Below are positions 50,694-60,296 of a stretch of 64,000 nucleotides of DNA, piece after piece (position 1 is the first letter of the stretch; each line of letters begins with the position of its first letter). The notes under the pieces are model-generated. The model saw only the letters and a list, made by a program, of their open reading frames with translations, ran no database searches and was not told where the DNA came from. Position numbers and translations under genes: made by a program. Source of the stretch: an uncultured Candidatus Binatia bacterium (lineage in GTDB: Bacteria > Desulfobacterota > Binatia > UBA9968 > JAJDTQ01); contig OZ219754.1 in assembly GCA_964291295.2 (NCBI GenBank), forward strand, positions 480,001 to 544,000, in the 5' to 3' direction.

Positions 50694-51926
50694 ATGGAAG
50701 GCATCCTGTTGCCGGGAGGCGTGGCCCAGGGACTCGAGGGGCTTGACGCCTATCGCTCCAGGGGCGGTTACGAGGCCGTCAGCCGACTGGCGCAACTGTC
50801 CCCTCGGGACGTCATCGCCATGGTGGAGGCCTCCGGCCTGCGCGGCAGGGGAGGCGCCGGCTTCCCCACGGGCAGAAAGCTGTCACTTACCCTGGAATGC
50901 CCCGACACGCCCCACTACGTGGTCATGAACGGGGGCGAAGATGAGCCCGGCAGCCACAAGGACCGCGTGCTCATCGAGAATGTCCCCCACCTCGTCCTTG
51001 AGGGAGTCCTTCTCGCGGCCTACGCGGTGAAGGCGGAGAAGGCTTACCTCTACATCAACCACGGATACGAGCGGGCGATGGCGGCTGCGGAGACCGCCAT
51101 GCGGGACGCCCGGGATGCGGGCTACTGGGGCAGGAACATCGCCGGCTCCGGTTTCAGTCTGGAACTGGTGACCGTCCCCGCACCGTCCAGCTACGTGGCC
51201 GGAGAGGACACCGCCGCCCTGGAGGTCATCGAGGGCAAGGAGCCGCTGCCGCGGCAAAAGCCCCCGTTCCCGGTCACGGCCGGACTGTTCGGCAGGCCCA
51301 GCCTGGTCAACAACGTGGAGACGCTGGCCAATATCGCGCCCATCGTCGCCAGGGGACCCGAGTGGTTCCGCTCCTTCGGCACCGGCGAGAACCCCGGAAC
51401 CATGCTCTTCTCGCTAGGCGACGAGATGGAGCGGCCCGGCGTCTACGAGCTGCCCCTGGGGACCCCGCTGCGCTACCTGCTGGAAGAGTGCGGCGGCGGA
51501 TTGAAGGGCGGCAGGCGCATCAAGGCCCTGCTTCCGGGAGGGCCGTCATCGGGATTTCTGCTGTCCGATCACCTCGACATCCCCTTGGACCGCGACGCCT
51601 TGCGCGAGGCCGGCTCTTCCATCGGATGCGGCGCCGTCAAGGTTCTCGCCGAAGACGACTCGGTGGTGGACGAGGTGGTGCGGATCGCGGAATTCTTCGC
51701 CAGAGAGTCCTGCGGCCAATGTCCGGCATGCCGCATGGAAACGAACATGCTGGTGGCGCTGCTCAAGAAGGTTCAGCAGGGCGGGGGGAACGATGCGATC
51801 GTGGAGCAGCTGGAGAAAGTGATCACCTTCAACCGGGGAAAAGGGTTCTGCAGCCTGATCAACATGCCTGGCCCGCCCATCGAGAGCGCCGTCCGGCTTT
51901 TTCCGGAAGAGTTCCGCGGCGCCTGA
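50694..51926 (+). CDS. NuoF-like FMN/[4Fe-4S] NAD(P)H-oxidising flavoprotein
   Basis: SGLRGRGGAGFP, YVAGE, NNVETL, ESCGQCPACR...FC. Confidence 0.9.
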   Translation: MEGILLPGGVAQGLEGLDAYRSRGGYEAVSRLAQLSPRDVIAMVEASGLRGRGGAGFPTGRKLSLTLECPDTPHYVVMNGGEDEPGSHKDRVLIENVPHLVLEGVLLAAYAVKAEKAYLYINHGYERAMAAAETAMRDARDAGYWGRNIAGSGFSLELVTVPAPSSYVAGEDTAALEVIEGKEPLPRQKPPFPVTAGLFGRPSLVNNVETLANIAPIVARGPEWFRSFGTGENPGTMLFSLGDEMERPGVYELPLGTPLRYLLEECGGGLKGGRRIKALLPGGPSSGFLLSDHLDIPLDRDALREAGSSIGCGAVKVLAEDDSVVDEVVRIAEFFARESCGQCPACRMETNMLVALLKKVQQGGGNDAIVEQLEKVITFNRGKGFCSLINMPGPPIESAVRLFPEEFRGA

Positions 51927-51938
51927 CAGGCCATCACC

Positions 51939-52124
51939 TCACAGATCGAGGTTCTTCTTCGGCACGTTGAAGACCACCCCCTCGCCGTTCCGCACCAGGC
52001 ACATGTCGTTGCTCCACTCCTTGACCACTTCCAGTTCGTCTCCCGGCGAAAAACTCGCTTCCTCGATGCCGGAATTCTTGGTTGACTGATATTTGCAGTT
52101 GAACGCTTCCTTGACCGTGGCCAT
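51939..52124 (-). CDS. Small protein, SH3-like beta-barrel
   Basis: SFSPGDELEVVKEW...VRNGEG..FNVP; strong AAGGAGG SD. Confidence 0.7.
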   Translation of the reverse strand: MATVKEAFNCKYQSTKNSGIEEASFSPGDELEVVKEWSNDMCLVRNGEGVVFNVPKKNLDL

Positions 52125-52202
52125 CCCCGGCCCCTCCCTTCTTTTCCGTTCCGTGTGCCGGCTTTCAGGATTCGCGGGCGACGGGCGGAATCGAAACCCG
52201 TC

Positions 52203-52904
52203 CTACAAGTCGTCCCGCCCGCCGTTCTCCCGCCACTTTCCACGGCGGGTCGGGTAGCGCAATGCCTCCTGGAGACACTTCAGGAAGGCCCTTCGGGACA
52301 CCTCCCGGGCACCGAGACTGCATATATGAGAGGTTGTAACCTGCGCATCGATGAAATGAAAGTCCCAGCCTTCCAGCCGGTGGACCAGCGCCGCCAGCGC
52401 CACCTTCGACGCGTCCGTCTCACGGTGAAACATCGATTCGCCGAAGAAACCCCTGCCCAGGGCAATGCCGTAGATACCGCCGGCAAGGTCCGTCCCGAGC
52501 CAGCTCTCCACCGAGTGAGCCAGCCCCGCTTCGTGGAGCCGCACATACGCCTGTTCCATTTCCGGCGTGATCCACGTGCCGCTTTGCCCCGCCCGCTCGA
52601 CGGCCGCGCATGCCCCGATCACGCCGCGAAAGTCCTCATCGAAGGTAACCCGGAACTTCCTCCGGTTCAGGACGCGCCGCAGCCGCCGGGAGACGTGGAA
52701 GTCTTCGAGCTTGAGGATGCACCGGGGGTCCGGCGACCACCAGAGGATCGGCTGACCCTCGCTGTACCAGGGAAAGATGCCCATGGAGTAGGCCAGCACA
52801 AGGCGAGCGCTGCCGAGGTCGCCTCCCACCGCCAACAACCCGTCGGGTTCCGCCTCGTGCGGGGAAGGAAAAGCGAGCTCGCGGCTCAAGCGATGGACCG
52901 GCAT
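52203..52904 (-). CDS. aat: Leucyl/phenylalanyl-tRNA--protein transferase
   Basis: GLLAVGGDL, GIFPW, WWSPDPR, AHSVE, FFGESMF, DASKVA. Confidence 0.96.
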   Translation of the reverse strand: MPVHRLSRELAFPSPHEAEPDGLLAVGGDLGSARLVLAYSMGIFPWYSEGQPILWWSPDPRCILKLEDFHVSRRLRRVLNRRKFRVTFDEDFRGVIGACAAVERAGQSGTWITPEMEQAYVRLHEAGLAHSVESWLGTDLAGGIYGIALGRGFFGESMFHRETDASKVALAALVHRLEGWDFHFIDAQVTTSHICSLGAREVSRRAFLKCLQEALRYPTRRGKWRENGGRDDL

Positions 52905-53194
52905 GGAGAGGACCATGGTGCGGAATCCGTCCGGTGGATGCAAGGAATGAACGACTTGCCGCCGGTTTCGCTGCCGCGCTCGTGTCCGGCGAGGGCCGAC
53001 GCGGGCAGGTCCGGCGCTCCATTCGGGAGCGGACTCGGTTGTCGACAGGCCGGGGCGGGGTTTCGTCCTCGGGGAACCACCGTCAACCGTTCACGACACC
53101 ACGGCGGTCAAATCGTCGCCGCCGGCGGCACCGGTCCGGAACTCCAGGGACATCGGACGGAAATCGTGCTATAAGCCAAGGCAGCGAGAACGCC

Positions 53195-53563
53195 ATGTTC
53201 AGGAGAATCGACCATGTGGCGCTCCATGTCGCGGACCTGGATCGCACCACCACCTTCTACGAGGAACACTTCGGCTTCCGGACGTACTTTCGACACCGGA
53301 CCGACGCCGGGATGCAGATCGCGTACCTCAGGCTGGGGGACACCGTGCTGGAGTTGACCCACAAGAGCGACGGCTCCATGACGGGCTTTCACTTGTGCCT
53401 GGAGACGGACAGCTTCGACGAGACCGTGGCGGAGCTGCAACGACGAGGCGTCCCGCTCCTGCGGGCGCCCCACGGCACCGCCGCCCGGGAGCCGCGCGAA
53501 AAGGGCTGGCGCCGGGTCGTCTTCGGCGGCCCGGACGGCGAGCAGATCGAACTGCGCGGCTAG
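53195..53563 (+). CDS. VOC/glyoxalase family protein
   Basis: IDHVALHVADL, GFHLCLE, GPDGEQIEL. Confidence 0.88.
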   Translation: MFRRIDHVALHVADLDRTTTFYEEHFGFRTYFRHRTDAGMQIAYLRLGDTVLELTHKSDGSMTGFHLCLETDSFDETVAELQRRGVPLLRAPHGTAAREPREKGWRRVVFGGPDGEQIELRG

Positions 53564-53597
53564 CGGGCTGTCCGGCCGCAGCGCGGAAGGAGACCTC

Positions 53598-53906
53598 ATG
53601 CCGGACCCGCAAGCCGCGACCCTCAAGCTCGCTTGTCCCTGCTGCGGCGCGACCCTGATCGTGGACCCCGCGCTGGCGGTGGTGCTGCGGCACGAGGTAC
53701 CGCCACCCCGACACAAGGCGCCGGACCTCAAGGACGCCGACCGCCTGCTTCGGAACGAGGCGACACAGCGCGATCAGAAATACCGCGACATCCTCGACGC
53801 CGAAAAGGACAAGGGAAAAGTACTCGACCGCAAGTTCCAGGAGCTTTTCAAAAAGGCCAGGGACGAGCCCATCGAGAAGCCCCTCAAGGACATCGACCTG
53901 GACTGA
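53598..53906 (+). CDS. Small CPCC-motif (Zn-ribbon-like) hypothetical protein
   Basis: LACPCCGATLIVD; charged helical C-terminus; AAGGAG SD. Confidence 0.8.
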   Translation: MPDPQAATLKLACPCCGATLIVDPALAVVLRHEVPPPRHKAPDLKDADRLLRNEATQRDQKYRDILDAEKDKGKVLDRKFQELFKKARDEPIEKPLKDIDLD

Positions 53907-53935
53907 CCGGCTCGGCACTGCCCGGGTCGAACCCG

Positions 53936-54550
53936 TTACGGCGGACCCGCGGGCACCGCCTCGCGGCCCGCCGCCTCGTAGCCGTATGCGAGTTCGAGCA
54001 ACTGCTTGACCATGCGTGCCGTGGCCCCCCGGATGTCCCACTCCTGGTAGCGAAAATGGTAGATGGGTCCGGACCTCCCGGACCGGTGGTGGTCCAGGGT
54101 CGGGGCCTCCTGGCACAGCAGCGCGGCCACCGGCACGGAGAACACCGCAGCGGTTTCGCGCGGGTCGGGACGGAACTCGTACGGATGGGGAATGATCCCC
54201 ACGAAAGGGGTGACCCGGAAGTTGTAGCCCGCCATGACTTGGTCGAGCTGGCCCAGGACGCGCACATGGCCGGGATCGACACCGATCTCTTCCCGGGTCT
54301 CCCGCAACGCCGTGGCCAGCGCGCTGCCGTCCTCCGGATCGGTGCTCCCGCCCGGAAACGCCACCTGCCCACCGTGGGAACTCAGATGCTGCGCCCGCAG
54401 GGTGAGGATCAGGCTGTCGCCGTCCGGACGTTCCTGGATGGGCACCAGGACGGCGGCCGGCCGGAAGTCATCTCCGGCCGCGGCCAAGGGCGTCCTGGTC
54501 CGCAGGATCTCGAATCTTTCGGAGCAGACAAACACCTCTGCCACTGTCAT
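53936..54550 (-). CDS. Nudix hydrolase, CoA pyrophosphatase type
   Basis: AAVLVP, HGGQVAFPGG, ALRETREEIG, VTPFVG. Confidence 0.9.
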   Translation of the reverse strand: MTVAEVFVCSERFEILRTRTPLAAAGDDFRPAAVLVPIQERPDGDSLILTLRAQHLSSHGGQVAFPGGSTDPEDGSALATALRETREEIGVDPGHVRVLGQLDQVMAGYNFRVTPFVGIIPHPYEFRPDPRETAAVFSVPVAALLCQEAPTLDHHRSGRSGPIYHFRYQEWDIRGATARMVKQLLELAYGYEAAGREAVPAGPP

Positions 54551-54597
54551 TGAACGGCCGGCGCGGCGGCAGGGTGGCGTTGCCGCCCCGGCCCACG

Positions 54598-54927
54598 CTA
54601 GTTCTCCGGCTTCAGCGACTCGGGAAAGTAGCGTGACGGGAACCAGACCTGGGCATCGAAGTTCGTACACCCGAGAATCCGCAACTCGCGCATGACCCGG
54701 ATGTAGTCCTGCGACTCGATGTAGTGCTCCCACGCCTGGAGACTCTCGAATTCGATCATGATGGCGACCTGGGGGCTGACCTCCAGCGGGTTGCGGAGAT
54801 TGCGGATCTCCCTGACCCCGGGAGCCGCCAGCGTCATCGGCAGCCAGTCGTTCTTGGCCTTGTTGCTGTAGATGGTCAGGTTGGCCTTCTGATCCGGCAG
54901 GTCCCACTGGATGATGTAATGTACCAT
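54598..54927 (-). CDS. Small dimeric alpha-beta-barrel-like hypothetical protein
   Basis: PGVREIR...IEFESLQAWE pattern; GGAGG SD. Confidence 0.7.
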   Translation of the reverse strand: MVHYIIQWDLPDQKANLTIYSNKAKNDWLPMTLAAPGVREIRNLRNPLEVSPQVAIMIEFESLQAWEHYIESQDYIRVMRELRILGCTNFDAQVWFPSRYFPESLKPEN

Positions 54928-54968
54928 GGCTCCCTCCTTTTCGTGTCCGCCCCCCGTGCGGGGCCGCC

Positions 54969-55760
54969 CTACATGAGCGTCCTGACCAGACCCCCGTCGA
55001 TCAGGAGCGCCGTCCCGGTAATGTAGCTCGCCCGCTCCGACCCGAGAAAGACAACCAGGTCCGCCACTTCCTCGGACTGCCCGAAGCGGCCCAGGGCAAT
55101 CTCGGCCTTGCTCTGTTCCTGGACCTTCTCCAGTGGCAGGTTGAGCCGCCTGGCCCGGGCCACGTTGAGGTTGTGGTGGCGCTCGGTGTCGATGCGCCCC
55201 GGCATGACCGTGTTGATGAGAATGTTGTCGGCCGCCAGCTCGCGCGACAGCGTCTTGGTCCAGCCCACCACGCCGGTGCGGAACGTGTTGGACAGGATCA
55301 GTCCGGGTATGGGCTCCTTGATGCCGTAGGAGGTGATATTGATGATGCGTCCCGCGCCCGCCTTCTTCATGTGCGGCACCGCCTCCCGCGTAAGCCGGAC
55401 CGTGCCCATCAGGCTCAGATTGTAGGCCGCGGCCCAGTCTTCCTCGCTCAACGCGTCGAACGCTCCGAACGGAGGCCCGCCGGCGTTGTTCACGACCACA
55501 TCCACCCGGCCGAAGGCCTCGACGCTCCTGTCCACGAAATTTCGTATGTCGTCATACTTCGACATGTCCGCCACTGTGGCAACGACCTCTCCCCCCGTGG
55601 TCTCGCGAATCTCCCGTGCGGCGCGCTCCAGCGCCTCGCCGCCTCTGGCGCAGATGCCGACCTTCGCGCCCTCGGCGGCGAAACCGCTGGCGATGGCCCG
55701 CCCCATCCCCTGACTCGCACCACCCACCAACGCCACCTTGCCTGCCAGTCCCAGATCCAT
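54969..55760 (-). CDS. Short-chain dehydrogenase/reductase
   Basis: GGASQGMG, NNAGGPP, PGRIDT, YITG...DGG. Confidence 0.92.
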   Translation of the reverse strand: MDLGLAGKVALVGGASQGMGRAIASGFAAEGAKVGICARGGEALERAAREIRETTGGEVVATVADMSKYDDIRNFVDRSVEAFGRVDVVVNNAGGPPFGAFDALSEEDWAAAYNLSLMGTVRLTREAVPHMKKAGAGRIINITSYGIKEPIPGLILSNTFRTGVVGWTKTLSRELAADNILINTVMPGRIDTERHHNLNVARARRLNLPLEKVQEQSKAEIALGRFGQSEEVADLVVFLGSERASYITGTALLIDGGLVRTLM

Positions 55761-55820
55761 CCGAACTCCTCTCCGGGCTGCCGGAGCCCCGGTGCCCGCC
55801 TGCGGGGCGGGCACCCGCCC

Positions 55821-56066
55821 TCACTTCTGCGTCCAATAGATATTGTCGTCGAACTCCGGGTCCAGCCGCATCAGGTAGAGCGCCAGCATGCCGTGAGCGC
55901 CCAGTGGCCGCAGTTGCCGCGGATCCCGCATCCTGATGGCGGCGGCCTCCTCCGCGCTCAGTTCGTAGTCCGACAAGGTTTTCTCCAGATCCGTCCGCGC
56001 CCGACTCAAGGTGTCGGGTTTCATCTTCAGGTCGAAAAGAAAGCGGTTCAGGTGGTAGCGGCTCAT
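55821..56066 (-). CDS. LigA-like aromatic ring-opening dioxygenase alpha subunit
   Basis: SRYHLNRFLFDL, YELSAEEAAAI, LGAHG. Confidence 0.8.
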   Translation of the reverse strand: MSRYHLNRFLFDLKMKPDTLSRARTDLEKTLSDYELSAEEAAAIRMRDPRQLRPLGAHGMLALYLMRLDPEFDDNIYWTQK

Positions 56067-56117
56067 GCGATGCTCCGGTGGACCCGCGCAGGTGGACGCC
56101 GGCGCAGCGTGCCCGGG

Positions 56118-56981
56118 TCAGATCTTCCAGCTGGCAAAGCCCCACCCGGTTGCGACGTGGTCGGGCATGTAGAAGGTTGCGGAAGCCGGGGAGTCGCTCA
56201 CCGCCCCGATGGCCACCATCCAGTTCAGGAACTCGGAGTTGCCCGACTGCCGCAACTGTTCGAGCGTCAGCTCCGCCAGGGCAGGCCCCTCGCCGGCACG
56301 CATCCGTTGAAGCAGCCCTTCGTCGAAGCGGGTTTCGATCTCGCCGATGCGCGGGGACCCGGGAAAGTGCGACAGGCCGCCGGTGGCGAGGATGGCGACC
56401 CGGTCGGCGGCGGCGTCCGCCACCCCGCGAACCAGGTTTCCCAGCGCATAACACCGCGCGGGAGTGGGCAACGGGTCGATCCAGGTGTTGACGAAGAGGG
56501 GCAGGATGGGGATCCGCGGTTCCGGCAGAAGGAAATGCAGCGGCACCAGCTGGGTGTGCTGCAACTCGATGTCCTCGCCAAAGGAGAGATCCAGGCCCGC
56601 AGCCACGCCGGCCTCCAGAATGGCCCGTCCCAGCGCCGGCTGATTCCGGTAATGGAACCGGTAGCGCGTGAACCGGCCGTGGAGCTCCTCCGCCAACGTC
56701 ACGAAGAATGTCGGTATGTTGTCGAAGAAAAAATTCACGAACTGGTCGTTGGCCACGACCACCAGCACGTCGGGTCTGGCGGCCTGCAGGTCGGAGCGGA
56801 GCACGGCGAAGGCATCCTCGGCGTCCCGGCGCAACCTCCGCTGCACCTCCAGCGAGGGCCGGGTACCGGCCGCCTGCGGCGCCATGCGGTAGTGGAGCTT
56901 CATGAACTCTTCCCACTCGGCGCCCGGATCGAGCAGAATGTTGGGGGCGTGGCTCGCGGCCAGCGCGGCGACCAGCGGCAT
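56118..56981 (-). CDS. LigB-like class III extradiol dioxygenase
   Basis: ASHAP, NDQFVNFF, LQH..LVPL, TGGLSH, GNSEFLNW. Confidence 0.88.
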   Translation of the reverse strand: MPLVAALAASHAPNILLDPGAEWEEFMKLHYRMAPQAAGTRPSLEVQRRLRRDAEDAFAVLRSDLQAARPDVLVVVANDQFVNFFFDNIPTFFVTLAEELHGRFTRYRFHYRNQPALGRAILEAGVAAGLDLSFGEDIELQHTQLVPLHFLLPEPRIPILPLFVNTWIDPLPTPARCYALGNLVRGVADAAADRVAILATGGLSHFPGSPRIGEIETRFDEGLLQRMRAGEGPALAELTLEQLRQSGNSEFLNWMVAIGAVSDSPASATFYMPDHVATGWGFASWKI

Positions 56982-57117
56982 TCACGGTCCTTTCGCAGCA
57001 TCCTGGCTGAACGACGTGCACGAAAGATGTTATAGTCCGGCCTCGCGCATTTCAACCGTCTTCACGAACAGGAGCCGGCACCGGACAGTTCACGGGGCCG
57101 GGCCAGGCGGGATATCC

Positions 57118-58167
57118 ATGATCGGAACCATCTCATCAGGGTGTATGCCGAGGGCGGTGTCTCTCGGTGTGCTGATGCTCGTCGGGCCGGCGGTGGCCGG
57201 GCCGCCCGCCGCGGCATACGAATGGCGGCCCGCCGCCACCGTCTTCGAGTATCGCGAGGCCCCGGAAGCCGGTGCGGACCCGCGCTCCGCCGCCACCGTC
57301 ATCGGCATCCCCGGTGTACACGTGGCCAGCCACAGGGACACCCTGCTCGACATTGCCCGCCTGCATCATCTGGGATACCGGGAACTGCTCCAGGCCAACC
57401 CCGGGACGGACCCTTGGCGGCCGGGCGAAGGCGCGTGGATCACTCTCCCCTCCCAGTGGATTCTTCCCGACGCGCCGCGCCAAGGGCTCGTTCTCAACAT
57501 GCCCGAGATGAGGCTCTACCACTACCTGCCCGGCTCCAGGGTCCGGACCTTTCCGTTGGGGGTGGGACAGGAAGGTCAGGAGACGCCGGCCGGATATTTC
57601 CGCATCGGACAGAAGCGCACGGACCCCGTATGGTACGTGCCCGTCTCGATCCAGAAGGAGATGGAGAATCCGCGCAAGACGGTCCCTCCGGGGCCGGACA
57701 ACCCGCTGGGCCGATACTGGATGCGGTTGTCCCGGACCACCTACGGGATTCACGGCACCAACAATCCCTGGGCCATCGGCCGCCGGGTGACCCACGGCTG
57801 CATCCGGCTGTATCCCGAGGACATCGCCTTTCTGTACCCCCGGGTGCCCAAGGGTACGCCCGTGCAGGTGATCTATCAGCACGCCAAGGTCGGCGTGCGG
57901 GATGGCAGGGCCTACTTTCAGATCTACCGCGATGGCCGCGCGACGGACAACGAACTCATGGCGGACCTGATCCGGCAGATCACGAAACGGGGACTGGCCG
58001 TCGATCTGCGGCAGTTGCGAAGCCTGCTGCCGGAACTGCCCGACGGGGTCATGATCCCTCTTCCGCCGAGGAACCCGCGCCTGTCCGGTATTGCTCGTCC
58101 AGAGCGTACTTTTCCTCAAGCCCCACGATCTCGTGAAACTCGTCGAACGGCAACAGCCGATCCATGA
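57118..58167 (+). CDS. L,D-transpeptidase (ErfK/YbiS family)
   Basis: PPGPDNPLG, YGIHGTN, THGCIRL; start uncertain. Confidence 0.9.
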   Translation: MIGTISSGCMPRAVSLGVLMLVGPAVAGPPAAAYEWRPAATVFEYREAPEAGADPRSAATVIGIPGVHVASHRDTLLDIARLHHLGYRELLQANPGTDPWRPGEGAWITLPSQWILPDAPRQGLVLNMPEMRLYHYLPGSRVRTFPLGVGQEGQETPAGYFRIGQKRTDPVWYVPVSIQKEMENPRKTVPPGPDNPLGRYWMRLSRTTYGIHGTNNPWAIGRRVTHGCIRLYPEDIAFLYPRVPKGTPVQVIYQHAKVGVRDGRAYFQIYRDGRATDNELMADLIRQITKRGLAVDLRQLRSLLPELPDGVMIPLPPRNPRLSGIARPERTFPQAPRSRETRRTATADP

Positions 58168-58933
58168 ACGCCTCGGCCGTGCCCTGTTCCCTGAGATTGG
58201 AATAGTAGCTCTTGAGCGCCATGGCCGCGGAATAGAGCGGCCCCACCGGCCAGACGATCAGCGCGAAGCCCAACTCCCCCAGTTCCGCCGGGGTCATGAG
58301 CGGCGTGACGCCGCGCTCGATCATGTTGGCCACCAGCGGCCCCGGGACATTGCGGGCGATCTCGCGCATCTCCTCGCGCGTCTCCGGCGCCTCGATGAAC
58401 ACGGCGTCCGCACCGTTCTCCTTGAAGGCGATGCCGCGCCGGATGGCCTCGTCGAGGCCGAGGGCCTGGCGCGCATCCGTCCGCGCCACGAGGAAGAGAT
58501 CCCCGTCACCCCTTGCCGCGGCCGCGGCGTTGAGCTTCCCGAGATACTCATCCAGGGGCACCACCTGCTTGCCCCGCATGTGGCCGCAGCGCTTGGGCCA
58601 GACCTGGTCCTCCAGGAACATGCCGGCGGCCCCCGCCCGCATCAACTCGGTGACGGTGCGGACCACGTTCACCGCGTTGCCGTAACCGGTGTCGGCATCC
58701 ACGATGACGGGCGTCTTCACGGCGCCGCAGACGCGGTAGATGGTGCTCAGCATCTCGCTCTGCGTGAGGATGCCGAAGTCCGGCTCCCCCAGCAGCGTCG
58801 CCGAGATACCGTAGCCGGTGGTGAAAATGACGTCGAAGCCGGCGCGGTCCGCGATACGGGCGCTCAGGGCGTCGTACACCCCGGGCATCACCAGGCTTCC
58901 CTTGCGGTCGAGAGCTTCCTTGACTCTGCTCAT
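58049..58933 (-). CDS. Isocitrate lyase/PEP mutase family (2-methylisocitrate lyase-like)
   Basis: PGVYDALSA, DADTGYG, EDQVWPKRCGH, ARTDA. Confidence 0.92.
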   Translation of the reverse strand: MSRVKEALDRKGSLVMPGVYDALSARIADRAGFDVIFTTGYGISATLLGEPDFGILTQSEMLSTIYRVCGAVKTPVIVDADTGYGNAVNVVRTVTELMRAGAAGMFLEDQVWPKRCGHMRGKQVVPLDEYLGKLNAAAAARGDGDLFLVARTDARQALGLDEAIRRGIAFKENGADAVFIEAPETREEMREIARNVPGPLVANMIERGVTPLMTPAELGELGFALIVWPVGPLYSAAMALKSYYSNLREQGTAEAFMDRLLPFDEFHEIVGLEEKYALDEQYRTGAGSSAEEGS

Positions 58934-59020
58934 CCGGGCCTCCCGTCCGAACTCGTTGCGAAAGCGGCGCCCGCAGCCTTTCACCGCGGCGCGAGCAGGG
59001 TCCGTGCGAACGGGGGTCCG

Positions 59021-59305
59021 CTACTCGCCGGGAATCTCCACGATCACGTCACCGAGCACCGCGGCCACGCAACCCAAGCGGTCCGCGCCATCCGATTCCA
59101 GCATCGACAACGTCAACTCTTCGTTGTCGTCCATGGGGCTCAGATTGTTCCCGCCGGACAGGATCCTCACCCTGTCGGTGCCGCAGATGGCCTCGGTGCA
59201 GTCGTGTGGCAGCTTGACGCCGTTGCGAATCGCCGCCACCAGGATGGTGGTGCCGTCCTCCACCTCGAAGGTCTGTCCCAACGGCATGAAGGTGATTCTG
59301 GGCAT
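59021..59305 (-). CDS. [2Fe-2S] ferredoxin with atypical ligand set
   Basis: HDCTEAICGTDRV...RLGC; promoter TTGACA-17-TACAAA at 59340-59312. Confidence 0.85.
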   Translation of the reverse strand: MPRITFMPLGQTFEVEDGTTILVAAIRNGVKLPHDCTEAICGTDRVRILSGGNNLSPMDDNEELTLSMLESDGADRLGCVAAVLGDVIVEIPGE

Positions 59306-59472
59306 GGCGGGTTTGTAGGAGACGCCCGGCGCGATGTCAAGGTGCCGCAGCCCGGTCCGGTATGGCCCATAAAGCCTGAATAATAGTTGATTACTGCCGA
59401 TTCTCAGAACGGAGACAAGCGGCGATCTCGCTGGAAAGCAAATCCTCAGCACGTCTCCGCACCCGTCCGCGC

Positions 59473-60270
59473 TCAATCGGCACCCGGACGCCTCCGATAC
59501 GCGGCCAAGTCCTCTGCGGTGAGTTCGTTTGGCTCCACGAGCTTGTAGTGCCGCTCCGACAGCACCTTGACCTCGCCGTCAGTCTTCTCGAAAGAGAAAA
59601 ATGCAATCACCTGGTCGCGTATGAACTGCACGGCCACGGGAAGGCAGATCAGATCCGAAAACCTGGATTCGCACAACGCCGTGTCTTGCTCGATCTGAAC
59701 GATGTTCAACTCGTCGCGCCCGCCCTTGGCCTGCACCGGCAGGACGTACTGGCGTCCCCATTTGTCGACTCCCACGTACAGTTCGTCCGTCTCAACCTGT
59801 CCGATGTCGGGCACTGATGTCCGTAGGTGGTTCTGCAGCGATTAGCAGGTGATGCCCGTAAAGATATCGATCAAGCGGTTGTACCGCACTCGCGCCAGAA
59901 GGGCTTGCTCGTCTCCGAGCGCGTACATCGCGACGACGCCGGGCGTGGCGTCCGGAACTTTGGTGGCTCCCATCCGTTCATTGGGCACCAGCGGAATCGG
60001 TCGGACCAGGACGAACCTGTATCGGCTCGGTCCTCTACCGCGAATAATCCACTCGCAGCCCTCGGGTGCGGTGGCCCGCACGGAATCCGGCAGATTCCTC
60101 CGGTACCGGGAACTATAGAGGATGTCACCAACGTTCTTCGGACACCGTACGCCTACCCGATCAGCCGCGACCGTGAGGTCGGACCGCTCGAAATCGACCT
60201 CCGTCATTCCCGTCTTGAATCGCGTGGTGAAGACCTCGTCGATGATCGCAGCATACCTTGACTTGGCCAT
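59473..60270 (-). pseudogene. Type II restriction endonuclease (PD-(D/E)xK) with in-frame nonsense codon
   Basis: ...FTGITC-TAA(59844-59842)-SLQNHLRTSVPDIGQVETDELYVG...VQAK continues in the same frame. Confidence 0.8.
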
Positions 60271-60296
60271 GACGAGTGCCTTCGCCCCGATCGAAG

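Noticed and set aside
58049-58167. 119-bp convergent overlap of the L,D-transpeptidase and ICL-family genes
   Set aside because: Low-complexity tails; most likely stop-codon drift without functional meaning.
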